This document shows positions 47,473 through 56,770 of a stretch of DNA of 64,000 bases, piece after piece (positions within the stretch are counted from its first letter, which is position 1; every line of letters starts with the position of its first letter). The DNA is from Obrimoposthia wandeli (Eukaryota). The DNA lies in the NCBI GenBank assembly GCA_977020255.1, contig CDROCS010000666.1:248001-312000 (forward strand), read 5' to 3'. The translations under genes and the position numbers were made by a program. Below the pieces are notes generated by a model. It was given only the letters and a program-made list of their open reading frames with translations, had not been told where the DNA came from and did no database searches.

Positions 47473-49395
47473 ATGACAACCCGAATGAGCCCATTTGAAC
47501 GCCGTGAACACGATATTGAACCGCGTAATGATGCATCACAATTAACGACAATGATTGATGCCAACATGTCACGTCGTAACTTTCTTGGCGCAGCATCCAT
47601 TATGAGTGCGGGTGCCTTTATGGCGGGTATGCCAGTTTCTGTATTAGCAAGTAATGTGCAAGCAAACAGTAAATTAATGGGCTTTAGTGCTGTACCTATC
47701 AGCACTGATGATACCGTTGTTGTTCCTGATGACTACAACGCCAAAGTACTTATTCGTTGGGGAGATGGGTTGTTTCCTACTGCACCTCAATTCGACCCAA
47801 CAGGTAATGCACCATCATCACACCAAGAAGTGCAATTTGGTGATAACACCGATGGTATGACTTTCTTCCCGCTTTCTGATGATCATGGTGTATTCGCGGT
47901 AAACAACGAGTACTGCAACAACGAGTACTTATTCTCGCACCAAGGTAAAAAGATGACGGCTGATGATGTAAAAAAATCACAAGCAGCTCATGGCATTTCG
48001 ATTTTTGAAGTAAAACGCACTGATAATAACAATTGGGAACTGGTTATAGATTCAAAATATAACCGCCGTATTACCGCCAATACTGAAATGGAAATCACGG
48101 GTCTTATTGCTGGTCATCCAGATGTCAAAACAGCAGCAGACAAAGCGGGTAAAAAAGCATTAGGCACGTTTGGTAACTGTGCAAATGGCTTTACCCCTTG
48201 GGGCACTTACCTAACATGTGAAGAAAACTTTAATGGTTACTTTGGCTCAAAGAGTACTGTTAAAGTAAACAAAGAACAAAAACGTTATGGCGTTAATGAA
48301 GAAGACTCAGGCTACCACTGGTTCCAACATGATGATCGTTTTGATATAGCGAAGAATCCAAATGAAGCGAACCGTCATGGTTGGATTGTGGAAATCGACC
48401 CGATGAACCCTACTTCAACGCCAATGAAGCGCACAGCGATGGGTCGCTTTAAGCACGAAAATGTCGCCATTGTTATCAACAAAGACGGTTATGTCGTAGC
48501 CTACATGGGCGATGATGAGCGTGGTGAACATTTATACCGCTTTGTTTCTAAAAACAAATATGTTGAAGGCAACGATACAGAAAACCGTAAGCTGCTTGAA
48601 GAAGGTACTATTTACGTTGCAAAATTCAGCACAGAAGAAGGCAAAATGGGTGGTACAGGCCAATGGATCGCGCTTACACATGGTAAGAATGGTTTAACAA
48701 AAGAAAATGGCTTTCCAAACCAAGAATACATCCACTTGTATACACGTCTAGCAGCAACGCAAGTCGGTGCAACAACAATGGATCGTCCAGAATGGATTGC
48801 CGTTCATCCCAATCAAGAATATGTATTCTGCACACTGACGAATAACAAAAACCGTGGTGTAAAAGAAGGCCAACCCGTTGGCGGGCCTAACCCTCGCGCA
48901 GCAAACAACTACGGTCAAATCTTACGTTGGCGTCAAGTAAACGATGATCATACCCACCCTACCTTCGCGTGGGATCTGTATGTAATAGCAGGCAACCCTG
49001 AAGTACATAAAGGCACCTTGTATGCAGGTAGCAAGAACATTAATAACGAGAACATGTTCAACAGCCCAGATGGTTTAGGCTTTGATGCTGCTGGTCGTCT
49101 ATGGATTCAAACTGACGGTAAGTATTCGAACAAGGGTGATTACGCTGGCATGGGTAACAACTCTATGTTTTGTGGCGACCCTAAAACCGGTGAAATTCGC
49201 CGCTTTATGACAGGCCCCATCGCTTGTGAAGTCACAGGGCTTACATTCAGCCCAGATTACAAAACGATGTTTATCGGTATTCAGCATCCAGGTGAAGAAC
49301 TAGAACCGTCACATTGGCCAGATGGCGGTAACAGCACACCGCGTTCATCTATTGTGATGATCACCAAGAAAGACGGCAGCGTAATTGGTAGCTAA
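47473..49395 (+). CDS. phoX: Tat-exported alkaline phosphatase PhoX (DUF839)
   Basis: SRRNFL Tat motif, [44 protein letters not shown] and CEVTG; AGGAAG RBS before ATG 47473. Confidence 0.95.
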   Translation: MTTRMSPFERREHDIEPRNDASQLTTMIDANMSRRNFLGAASIMSAGAFMAGMPVSVLASNVQANSKLMGFSAVPISTDDTVVVPDDYNAKVLIRWGDGLFPTAPQFDPTGNAPSSHQEVQFGDNTDGMTFFPLSDDHGVFAVNNEYCNNEYLFSHQGKKMTADDVKKSQAAHGISIFEVKRTDNNNWELVIDSKYNRRITANTEMEITGLIAGHPDVKTAADKAGKKALGTFGNCANGFTPWGTYLTCEENFNGYFGSKSTVKVNKEQKRYGVNEEDSGYHWFQHDDRFDIAKNPNEANRHGWIVEIDPMNPTSTPMKRTAMGRFKHENVAIVINKDGYVVAYMGDDERGEHLYRFVSKNKYVEGNDTENRKLLEEGTIYVAKFSTEEGKMGGTGQWIALTHGKNGLTKENGFPNQEYIHLYTRLAATQVGATTMDRPEWIAVHPNQEYVFCTLTNNKNRGVKEGQPVGGPNPRAANNYGQILRWRQVNDDHTHPTFAWDLYVIAGNPEVHKGTLYAGSKNINNENMFNSPDGLGFDAAGRLWIQTDGKYSNKGDYAGMGNNSMFCGDPKTGEIRRFMTGPIACEVTGLTFSPDYKTMFIGIQHPGEELEPSHWPDGGNSTPRSSIVMITKKDGSVIGS

Positions 49396-49438
49396 TCATT
49401 AGCGCTATTCATACTTAATGCAGTCTAAAGCGCCCAGT

Positions 49439-49482
49439 GACTCATAATCGGCAGGTTCCCAGTTCAAGTCTGGGAGGGGCAC
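49439..49482 (+). pseudogene. 3' half of a CAT-anticodon tRNA (Met/Ile2 type), remnant
   Basis: GA-CTCATAA-TCGGC-AGGTT-CCCAG-TTCAAGT-CTGGG-AGGGGCAC: anticodon loop, variable region, T arm and acceptor 3' strand present; matching 5' half and CCA absent. Confidence 0.75.
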
Positions 49483-49484
49483 AG

Positions 49485-49520
49485 AAAGGCTGAAGCGGTT
49501 AGTAACCACTTCGGCCTTTT
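49485..49520 (+). terminator. Terminator following the tRNA remnant
   Basis: AAAGGCTGAAG...CTTCGGCCTTTT hairpin. Confidence 0.7.
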
Positions 49521-49711
49521 GCATTTCTGCGGAATTAACGACTAAAGGAAAATTTAAAAGCACATCGGTCAGAGCCTGACGGTGGTGTTGATATCGAGTG
49601 TCGAAAAGGCGATTGCACGTTTGAAGAAGAAGGACGACTGCGAACGGATGTCGAGCAACAACCCTCACGTAACCCTCTCAGCAAAACTGCTGGTGAAAAC
49701 TAACCTTCAGC

Positions 49712-50584
49712 TCACGAGCGTTCGAACACTACGGTTTTGTCGTTGAATAGGAATATGCGTTTCTCGACGTGATATTGAATGGCCCGCGCTAATGTCAGGG
49801 ATTCGACATCCATTCCTTTTCTTGCCAAATCAGCGGGATAATAGGTATGGTTTACGGTTCCCATTCCCTGAGTAATAATCGGTCCTTCATCCAGATGATC
49901 GCTGACATAATGGGCTGTAGCCCCCACCAACTTGACCCCCTTGCTATAAGCCTGATGATAAGGCTTAGCCCCTTTGAAGCCAGGTAACAGCGAGTGGTGG
50001 ATGTTGATGGCCTTCCTCGCCCAGCGAACGCACATTTCATGGGAAAGCACCTGCATATAGCGGGCAAGCACCAGCAGTTCGCAGCCAGTTTCATCTAAAA
50101 CGGCTTGTACCTGAGCTTCCTGCTGCGGCTTAGTATCTGCGGTGATCGGAAAATGGTGATAAGGAATATCGTGCCACTGGGCCAGTGACTGCAGATCAGG
50201 GTGATTGGAAATCACTGCTCGAATATCAACCGGAAGATTACCGGTTCGAAAGCGGTATAACAGATCGTTAAGGCAGTGCTCGTATTTAGACACCATGATC
50301 ACCACTTTAGGTCGGTAATCTGACGGCGTCAGCTCCCACTCCATATCAAACGCTTCGGCCCGCTCGGCAAAGGTGGCGCAAAACGCAGATTGATCAAGCG
50401 GGGCATTATCTTCCATGCGAAATACCGTGCGAATAAAAAAACGCTGATTCAGTGCATCGTCAAAAGAATTCAGCTCAGAAATGTAGCAGCCCAATTTCCG
50501 AAGGAAGCGGGTGACAACATCCACCGTACCCGAGCGTCCGGGGCAGCTCGCAGTCAATATATAAGTCAAACTTTGTTGGTTCAT
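49712..50584 (-). CDS. purU: Formyltetrahydrofolate deformylase
   Basis: N-terminal ACT domain, MVSKYEHCLNDLLYR, VLARYMQVLS, INIHHSLLPGFKGAKPYHQA and LDEGPII. Confidence 0.95.
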   Translation of the reverse strand: MNQQSLTYILTASCPGRSGTVDVVTRFLRKLGCYISELNSFDDALNQRFFIRTVFRMEDNAPLDQSAFCATFAERAEAFDMEWELTPSDYRPKVVIMVSKYEHCLNDLLYRFRTGNLPVDIRAVISNHPDLQSLAQWHDIPYHHFPITADTKPQQEAQVQAVLDETGCELLVLARYMQVLSHEMCVRWARKAINIHHSLLPGFKGAKPYHQAYSKGVKLVGATAHYVSDHLDEGPIITQGMGTVNHTYYPADLARKGMDVESLTLARAIQYHVEKRIFLFNDKTVVFERS

Positions 50585-50632
50585 ATCCTCATCCTATTCA
50601 GTACAAGTCCGGCAGCATGGCTCAAGTGCCAT

Positions 50633-51325
50633 TTATAGAAATTTGACTCTGGCTAATCTTAAATCTGCTTCTCCTTTACCGTTTTCTTTTTGCTGTAGGC
50701 GCACCAGGATATAATTCAGCTCTTTGGCTAACCAGATATAGGTTTCGCGTTTGCTGTTTTTTCTGACTTTTTTCAGCTTAATGGTATTTACTTTGCCATA
50801 AGGCAGCTTCAAGAACTCCTCTCCCACCACTTCAAAATCAAGCTGACGCAAGTTACCCTTAATCACAGCTGGATAAGTAAAGGCTGATTTATCCTGCATT
50901 ACATCGAGCCTTAATTGTACCTGGTAAGAAAGAGGATCAAATAAAACCTCTTTGGCCTGAATCACTTTCTTCTTATTGTCGTAGTTCACCCAGGCTTGCC
51001 TGGCGGAAAAATTGACCAGCATTTGATGGTCGCGGCCTGTTCCTTTCCGGGTAAAGTAATAAGAGACTGGCTGCAACTGCCCGCCACGATATGTAAACTC
51101 AGTCGCCTCGTGACGTGTATCAGATATGAGCAGGAACCTAAGTTTGCTTTCGCTACTCATCCGGTACTTGCCATTTGGCAAACGCTCTAACTTTCTGACG
51201 CCATTTCCCAAGTGAGCGCCTTGATAGTAAGCTTCATAGTTGGCATGAAAAAGCTGCAATTCCTCACTAGCCTGAGCCATACATGCAAAAAGCCCCACAA
51301 CAGTAGCAACCAGAATTTTGTTCAT
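50633..51325 (-). CDS. DUF3108-family exported protein
   Basis: Signal peptide, FDPLSYQ.QLR, TYIWLA.ELNY..VRL.Q..NG pattern. Confidence 0.7.
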   Translation of the reverse strand: MNKILVATVVGLFACMAQASEELQLFHANYEAYYQGAHLGNGVRKLERLPNGKYRMSSESKLRFLLISDTRHEATEFTYRGGQLQPVSYYFTRKGTGRDHQMLVNFSARQAWVNYDNKKKVIQAKEVLFDPLSYQVQLRLDVMQDKSAFTYPAVIKGNLRQLDFEVVGEEFLKLPYGKVNTIKLKKVRKNSKRETYIWLAKELNYILVRLQQKENGKGEADLRLARVKFL

Positions 51326-51755
51326 GTACTGCTCCTTTGATACATACCTTCGTATTAGATCAGTATAATAATGAACTGCACATCAGGAGAAAAAGGCTGC
51401 TAAACGTGAATGTCGGGTGGTGCGGCTTTGTTGAAACCCTCAGATAATGCTCAATTATTCCATTAACACTGAGTTAAGCGAATCACAAATCTATGGCTAG
51501 CGAAAATCCACAACTAAAAATTCCAACACCAGTCACCCAAAGTAGCTTTTGGACATTTCTAATTTAGCCGTGACTGACTATATTTACATTTCGGATAACC
51601 TTTAGTATCCCAATAAGCAAAAGACCACCGCTTTTACAGGTGGTCTTTGTGAAAGTTTTGAACAAAAGTAAGTTTTGTAATTTTCGAAATTTTTTATGCA
51701 GATTTGAATGATGAAATTCTGATCGATAGGGCAATTTCACGACAAAATATGTAGG

Positions 51756-52622
51756 CTATGCTTGTAGTGAAATAGTTGTATTCGTCAACTTAGCCATTAG
51801 CCCCCCAACTCGTTTACGCATCTCACGCCTGTCCACAATCATGTCTATAGCACCGTGTTCTAAAAGGAACTCACTTCGCTGAAAATCTTCAGGTAGTTTT
51901 TCGCGTACAGTTTGTTCAATAACACGACGTCCAGCAAACCCAATAGTCGCCTTAGGTTCACCGATGTTAATATCTCCCAGCATTGCTAAGCTTGCAGATA
52001 CTCCACCAAATGTTTGGTCTGTTAATACCGAAATATAAGGCAGACCTGCATTTGATAAGCTATTTAAAGCTGCACTAGTTTTTGACATTTGCATTAGCGA
52101 CATTAAAGACTCTTGCATGCGAGCACCGCCGCAAGCAGAAAAACAAACTAACCCGCAATTTGCATCAATAGCAGCTTCAACAGCTTGAACGAAACGTGCA
52201 CCTACGACAACCCCCATAGAACCAGCCATAAATGAAAACTCAAAAGCACAAGCTACAATAAGTAGCCCTGATAGCTCTCCTTTCATAGCCACTAAAGCGT
52301 CCTTTTCACCAGTGTTTTTCTGAGCCATAGAAATTCGTTCCTTGTAACGTTTCAAATCCCTAAATCCTAGAATATCTCTTGGCTCAAGTTCACTTCCAAT
52401 TTCAACATGACTGTCTTTATCTAGAAAAGTCTCCAATCTACGACGTGCCGTCATTCTCATGTGATGGTTACACTTAGGACAAACTTCTAGATTTGCCTCC
52501 AGTGTTCGACTGTAAATAATCTGATCACAAGAGGTGCATTTAGTCCACAGACCCTCTGGAATCGACTTTTTACGTGTACTAATTATGTTCTTTGTTTCAA
52601 ATAGCTTTTCTAGCCAACTCAT
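51756..52622 (-). CDS. accD: Acetyl-CoA carboxylase carboxyltransferase beta subunit
   Basis: [10 protein letters not shown]...C..C zinc finger, [23 protein letters not shown] and [11 protein letters not shown]. Confidence 0.95.
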   Translation of the reverse strand: MSWLEKLFETKNIISTRKKSIPEGLWTKCTSCDQIIYSRTLEANLEVCPKCNHHMRMTARRRLETFLDKDSHVEIGSELEPRDILGFRDLKRYKERISMAQKNTGEKDALVAMKGELSGLLIVACAFEFSFMAGSMGVVVGARFVQAVEAAIDANCGLVCFSACGGARMQESLMSLMQMSKTSAALNSLSNAGLPYISVLTDQTFGGVSASLAMLGDINIGEPKATIGFAGRRVIEQTVREKLPEDFQRSEFLLEHGAIDMIVDRREMRKRVGGLMAKLTNTTISLQA

Positions 52623-52809
52623 GGAAAACCTTTTCTATTTTCTCTTTCAACTTAATTGAGAAGGAAAACCTAATAACCCAAGATAGTTAATATCTGAAGT
52701 AAGAGTATTTTCCTAAATAGTTCTTTGGGTAAGATGAGTATTGTATAAAGCTGATTCTAGTAATAAAGTGTTTAAAATGGGTTTAATAATCCAATATAAT
52801 GGGATAAAG

Positions 52810-53715
52810 ATGATTGAGCAGATAGAGCAACAATGGCTAATAAGCTTTCACTGTGTCTATGAGAACAATAGTTTTAAGAGAGCTGCTGAATTTCTAAATT
52901 TACCAACATCAAATGTCAGTCGTCATATTGCTTTACTAGAAGATAAGCTGAATACAAGATTATTTGAAAGGACTACGCGTCGAATGGCCCCTACAGATGC
53001 GGGCGAACAGCTCTATTTGTCAACACAACCTCTATTAGGAAAACTTAATGATGCGCTTGAAGACGTAACCAGACACTCTAATAAAGTAATGGGTCAACTC
53101 AAAGTCCTTATGCCAGATAGTCCACCATTAGCTCAAGCTGTGGTTTCTTTTTGTATCCAGCATCCTTCAATATCGCTATGTTGCGATACGAGTTTGAGTC
53201 CAAAAGAAGATTTACTTGATGGGTTTGACTTAATCTTAAGTTTTCATCGTGGAAAACTACCTGACAGCAATTGGGTAGCAAGAGAGATTCGACGCTGGCC
53301 AAGTGCTGTAGTGGCATCGCCTAAGCTCATTCAAACTTGTGCTTGCCCCTATCAAATTACTGATTTAAGCCACGTCCCGTGCATCAGTAGCTTAACCTCT
53401 TTGAATGGTACACCGTGGATTTTCAAAAATTCAAATGGCGAGCTGATTATTCAAAAGGTGCAGTCTTCATTTAAGGTCAATAGCGGGTGTCTTGCCAAAT
53501 CAGGTGCTTTAGCAGGTCTTGGATTTGCCATACTGCCAATCGAATCCTGTTTTGATGAGATAAATGCAGGTTACCTACAAGTTGTAGAGTTAGAGTATGA
53601 ACCTGAAGATTTAGTTTTGTATGCTTTTTATGCTTCTAGAAAACACGTGACAAAAAAAATCTCGATTTTTATTAAGCACTTACAATATCAGCCCAATGCA
53701 GGTGAAAATGAATAA
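52810..53715 (+). CDS. LysR-family regulator, divergent from accD
   Basis: SFKRAAEFL..PTSNVSRHI..LE..L..RLFERTTR; start moved to ATG 52810. Confidence 0.92.
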   Translation: MIEQIEQQWLISFHCVYENNSFKRAAEFLNLPTSNVSRHIALLEDKLNTRLFERTTRRMAPTDAGEQLYLSTQPLLGKLNDALEDVTRHSNKVMGQLKVLMPDSPPLAQAVVSFCIQHPSISLCCDTSLSPKEDLLDGFDLILSFHRGKLPDSNWVAREIRRWPSAVVASPKLIQTCACPYQITDLSHVPCISSLTSLNGTPWIFKNSNGELIIQKVQSSFKVNSGCLAKSGALAGLGFAILPIESCFDEINAGYLQVVELEYEPEDLVLYAFYASRKHVTKKISIFIKHLQYQPNAGENE

Positions 53716-53950
53716 TCAAAAGAACAAATAGTAAAGGCACGTCTTGCCGTCTTCTCAGCTATTAGTTTATGTATTGCAAACTGGACTCCGACGTTTAGTC
53801 AGTATTCTAGGCTAACTGACTTAGGGGCAGTTTCGTGTTACGCCACCCTGCCACATATCTGAACTAGCTACGTCTGCTAGCACGATGCTGGACAAAATTG
53901 AGGCGGTACAAAGTATAGAGGTTACTCACTACACAGTAACCTGTGTAGAC

Positions 53951-54340
53951 CTAGCATTCGTTTTGAGGTAAACCATCATTGATCTGATAATAGTCGCCTT
54001 TCTCTGACACAAAAATGTGTCTTCTAAGAGTTACATTAGTAGGTTTATCAAACGCTCCAAGTGCAATACCTATCCATTGATGCTTGACGGTATCCAGTGG
54101 ATCGAAGAAAAGTGAAGAACCACATTTTACGCAAAACCCTCTCCTGACTTTTGGGGACGAATGATACCAAGATAGATGAACTTCACCTTGAATAGATAAA
54201 GATGTTCTAGTGACCTCAACGCTTGCAAAAAAATGTCCCGTCCATCTACGGCACTGGTCACAATGACATGCATCAGTTTCGTCGAGATCTTCTGATACAT
54301 TGAATGTTACTAATCCGCATAAACATGACCCATGATGCAT
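53951..54340 (-). CDS. GFA (glutathione-dependent formaldehyde-activating)/CENP-V family protein
   Basis: GSCLCG, CHCDQCRRWTG, RGFC..CGS.LF and HIFV; start moved to ATG 54340. Confidence 0.9.
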   Translation of the reverse strand: MHHGSCLCGLVTFNVSEDLDETDACHCDQCRRWTGHFFASVEVTRTSLSIQGEVHLSWYHSSPKVRRGFCVKCGSSLFFDPLDTVKHQWIGIALGAFDKPTNVTLRRHIFVSEKGDYYQINDGLPQNEC

Positions 54341-54564
54341 TGTAATTCCCACTCCCTGCGTTATTGACTTTACCCATAATGACAATAGGAGGCAACAATC
54401 TACTTCCAGCCAACAGAGTACTAACATTAGCAAAAATAAGTCAAATTACGGTTAAGTGAAGAATACAGTTGATCGGTCGTAACTCGTCTTGGGGCAAAAA
54501 CAAGTTAGCTGATAATGGCAACCCTGTTTTCCCCCCATATATAGAAGGAATCTAGATTTTATTG

Positions 54565-54812
54565 TCACCAACTTTCCAACGTTGAAAATGCTTCATTATT
54601 AAGAGGTACGATTCGCCCTTCTTTCGATTTAGCATTGCTAGCACGAACCGTTAAGTATCGACCTGAAAAAGAAATGTCAGCCCAAGCAAAGTTCAACAGC
54701 TCACCTCTGCGTAACCCAGTATTCATCGCAATCAACACCAACGGATCAAGGTAATCAGAAAACGCCACCTCATCTAAACTTAGTGAAGGTTCTTTATGTC
54801 GTTTAATGAAAT
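54565..54812 (-). pseudogene. Tyrosine recombinase/integrase internal fragment
   Basis: DYLDPLVLIAMNTGLRRGELL...W.DI...KSK..R.VPLN (box I Arg and catalytic Lys); stops before HxxR/Tyr and lacks the N-terminus. Confidence 0.85.
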
Positions 54813-54952
54813 ATCAGTCTTGCTGGAACAGGGCTAGTATCTTGACAAAGTGCCCTTTATACCTATCTTTATTTTACTTGTGTTTAAACGTAAACGATAA
54901 CATTGCAAGTATTTAGTTACCCAAGTGTCACTTAAAGTTGGAGTTGAATGTT

Positions 54953-55735
54953 ATGAATATGAATATGAAAAATCTCATTATTTTAATAGCTTCATGTACC
55001 GCACTATTTTTTTCCGGAGTAGCAGCCCACGCTGCTGACGGGACAAAGAAAGGCGGAGACGGGCTCCCTGATCCTGGTGTGGTTTTTGTCAAAGGCCAAA
55101 CAGCTATCGTCATTACAGACCCACAAATTGACTTTCTATCTCCCGATGGTGTGGCGTGGGCGTTAGTAGGTAAAAGCGTGATTAAGAATGGCACCGTTGA
55201 AAACATTGAAAAACTAATGAAAATTGCAGGCGAGAAAGACATACTTCTTGTGATCTCTCCTCACTTTTACGCTCCGCAAGATTTGACCTTTAAGCATGGT
55301 GGCGCACTAGAGCATGCGATGCACGGAATAAAGATGTTTGAAAGTGATGAGCGCCTTGATCAAGCCGGCATTAAACCCAGTACGGGTCCAGACTTTATGC
55401 CGCAATACAAAAAATACATCAATAACGGAAAAACCGCAGTGGCGAACCCTCATAAAGTGTATGGCCCAGAAACGAACGACACTGTCCTTCAGCTACGTAA
55501 ACGCAACGTGAGTAAAATAATTCTTGCAGGGATGTCTGCAAATCTCTGTACAGAGTCCCATTTAAGAGAATTTATGGAGCAAGGCTTTGAGGTAATAGTT
55601 GTGAAAGATGCAACGGCGGCTGCACAGTTGCCTGGTATGGATGGTTATGCAGCGGCAATGACCAACTCTCGTATGATCGCGAACGGCGTTAGAACCACAG
55701 AAGAAGTATTGGTACAGATAAACAAAGAGCTGTAA
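54953..55735 (+). CDS. Exported isochorismatase-family cysteine hydrolase
   Basis: Signal peptide (AHA cleavage), TDPQIDF (Asp), PHK (Lys) and ANLCTESH (Cys) catalytic triad. Confidence 0.85.
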   Translation: MNMNMKNLIILIASCTALFFSGVAAHAADGTKKGGDGLPDPGVVFVKGQTAIVITDPQIDFLSPDGVAWALVGKSVIKNGTVENIEKLMKIAGEKDILLVISPHFYAPQDLTFKHGGALEHAMHGIKMFESDERLDQAGIKPSTGPDFMPQYKKYINNGKTAVANPHKVYGPETNDTVLQLRKRNVSKIILAGMSANLCTESHLREFMEQGFEVIVVKDATAAAQLPGMDGYAAAMTNSRMIANGVRTTEEVLVQINKEL

Positions 55736-56402
55736 CGCAACACTATTGTCATAATGCCACTTGTTTGAGGACAGGTGGCATTATTGCGTTCAGAGGGGCA
55801 TATATAATGTGACTGATAGTCAGCGGTATATCACGTACTAATATCCTCAATACAGGCTTGTTTTCACTGCACCCGTATCAGAATCAAACGATAGCTCATA
55901 ATGAGGCTGGAAAGCTTGTTCTTCACGCTTACAAAGCATTCCACCCATTAGACGCAACTCACGCCACACAGTAACGGAGCAACCACCATTTATCATCACA
56001 AAGGCGATGTTGTTGGTAGTGCAATATAAGCTGCACTACCAACAAGTGGTCAAGCAGACCAAACAAATTCCGAGCTAGTTACACTAAATACATAAATATA
56101 ATTAATGTCTTTATCTATACAGAGCTATATTTAAAAATTCACCCAAACTCGTAAAATAAACGCCATAAACATAACATTCACCACTACCAATAGGCATTGC
56201 GATGTTTAACTTATCTAGTTTTCGAGGAGATGATTGTGTGGCGAGCAAACAATATTTTATGTAGTTACCAACCTGAATCCGATAACCGTAGCATGCTATT
56301 TCAAGCAGCAATGTTAGCGATGAATAACCAAGCTAAACTCACCGTCGCATTTACCTGTGACGAATACCCTTTACTGCCCAATATGCTTGCTAAGGAGGCC
56401 AC

Positions 56403-56594
56403 ATGAAACACTTTGATAATAACTCCCTACTGGTCATTGTTATTACCTTTATATTATTTACATTAGCCCTGTTTACCACTGGTTTCACTCATGCTCTATT
56501 TTTAGAAGCTGGAGTATTTTTAGTCTCAGTAAAACTGATCATGATGGCCTACCGAAACAGTGTGAGCATCATAGCCAACCTAAGCGCCCGTTGA
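56403..56594 (+). CDS. Small two-helix membrane protein, possibly C-terminally truncated
   Basis: AAGGAGG RBS, hydrophobic 63-aa ORF (LLVIVITFILFTLALF; LFLEAGVFLVSVKLIMMAY). Confidence 0.5.
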   Translation: MKHFDNNSLLVIVITFILFTLALFTTGFTHALFLEAGVFLVSVKLIMMAYRNSVSIIANLSAR

Positions 56595-56770
56595 ATATGT
56601 AACTTCTATACAGATTAATATCGACATGTAAAATTTACAATTTGATAACATCACAATTCTGAGTCATCATTAAAATATATATTCAGTTTTGATGAATGAA
56701 ACGTGAAAATATGATCTGCTAAATGATTAACATTGGCGGCTTATCTTATACCTATTAAGGGTGATGATTC

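Noticed and set aside
47229-47705. 158-aa minus-strand ORF across the right att site
   Set aside because: It runs antisense through the phoX 5' end and the tRNA copy; no motif support.
49521-49711. Coding-like sequence between the tRNA remnant and purU
   Set aside because: No frame gave a recognisable family or a start/RBS; left unannotated.
53770-53950. Cluster of short inverted repeats between LysR and GFA as a structured RNA
   Set aside because: Stems are short and imperfect, in an AT-rich convergent intergenic region where terminators are expected; no known motif.
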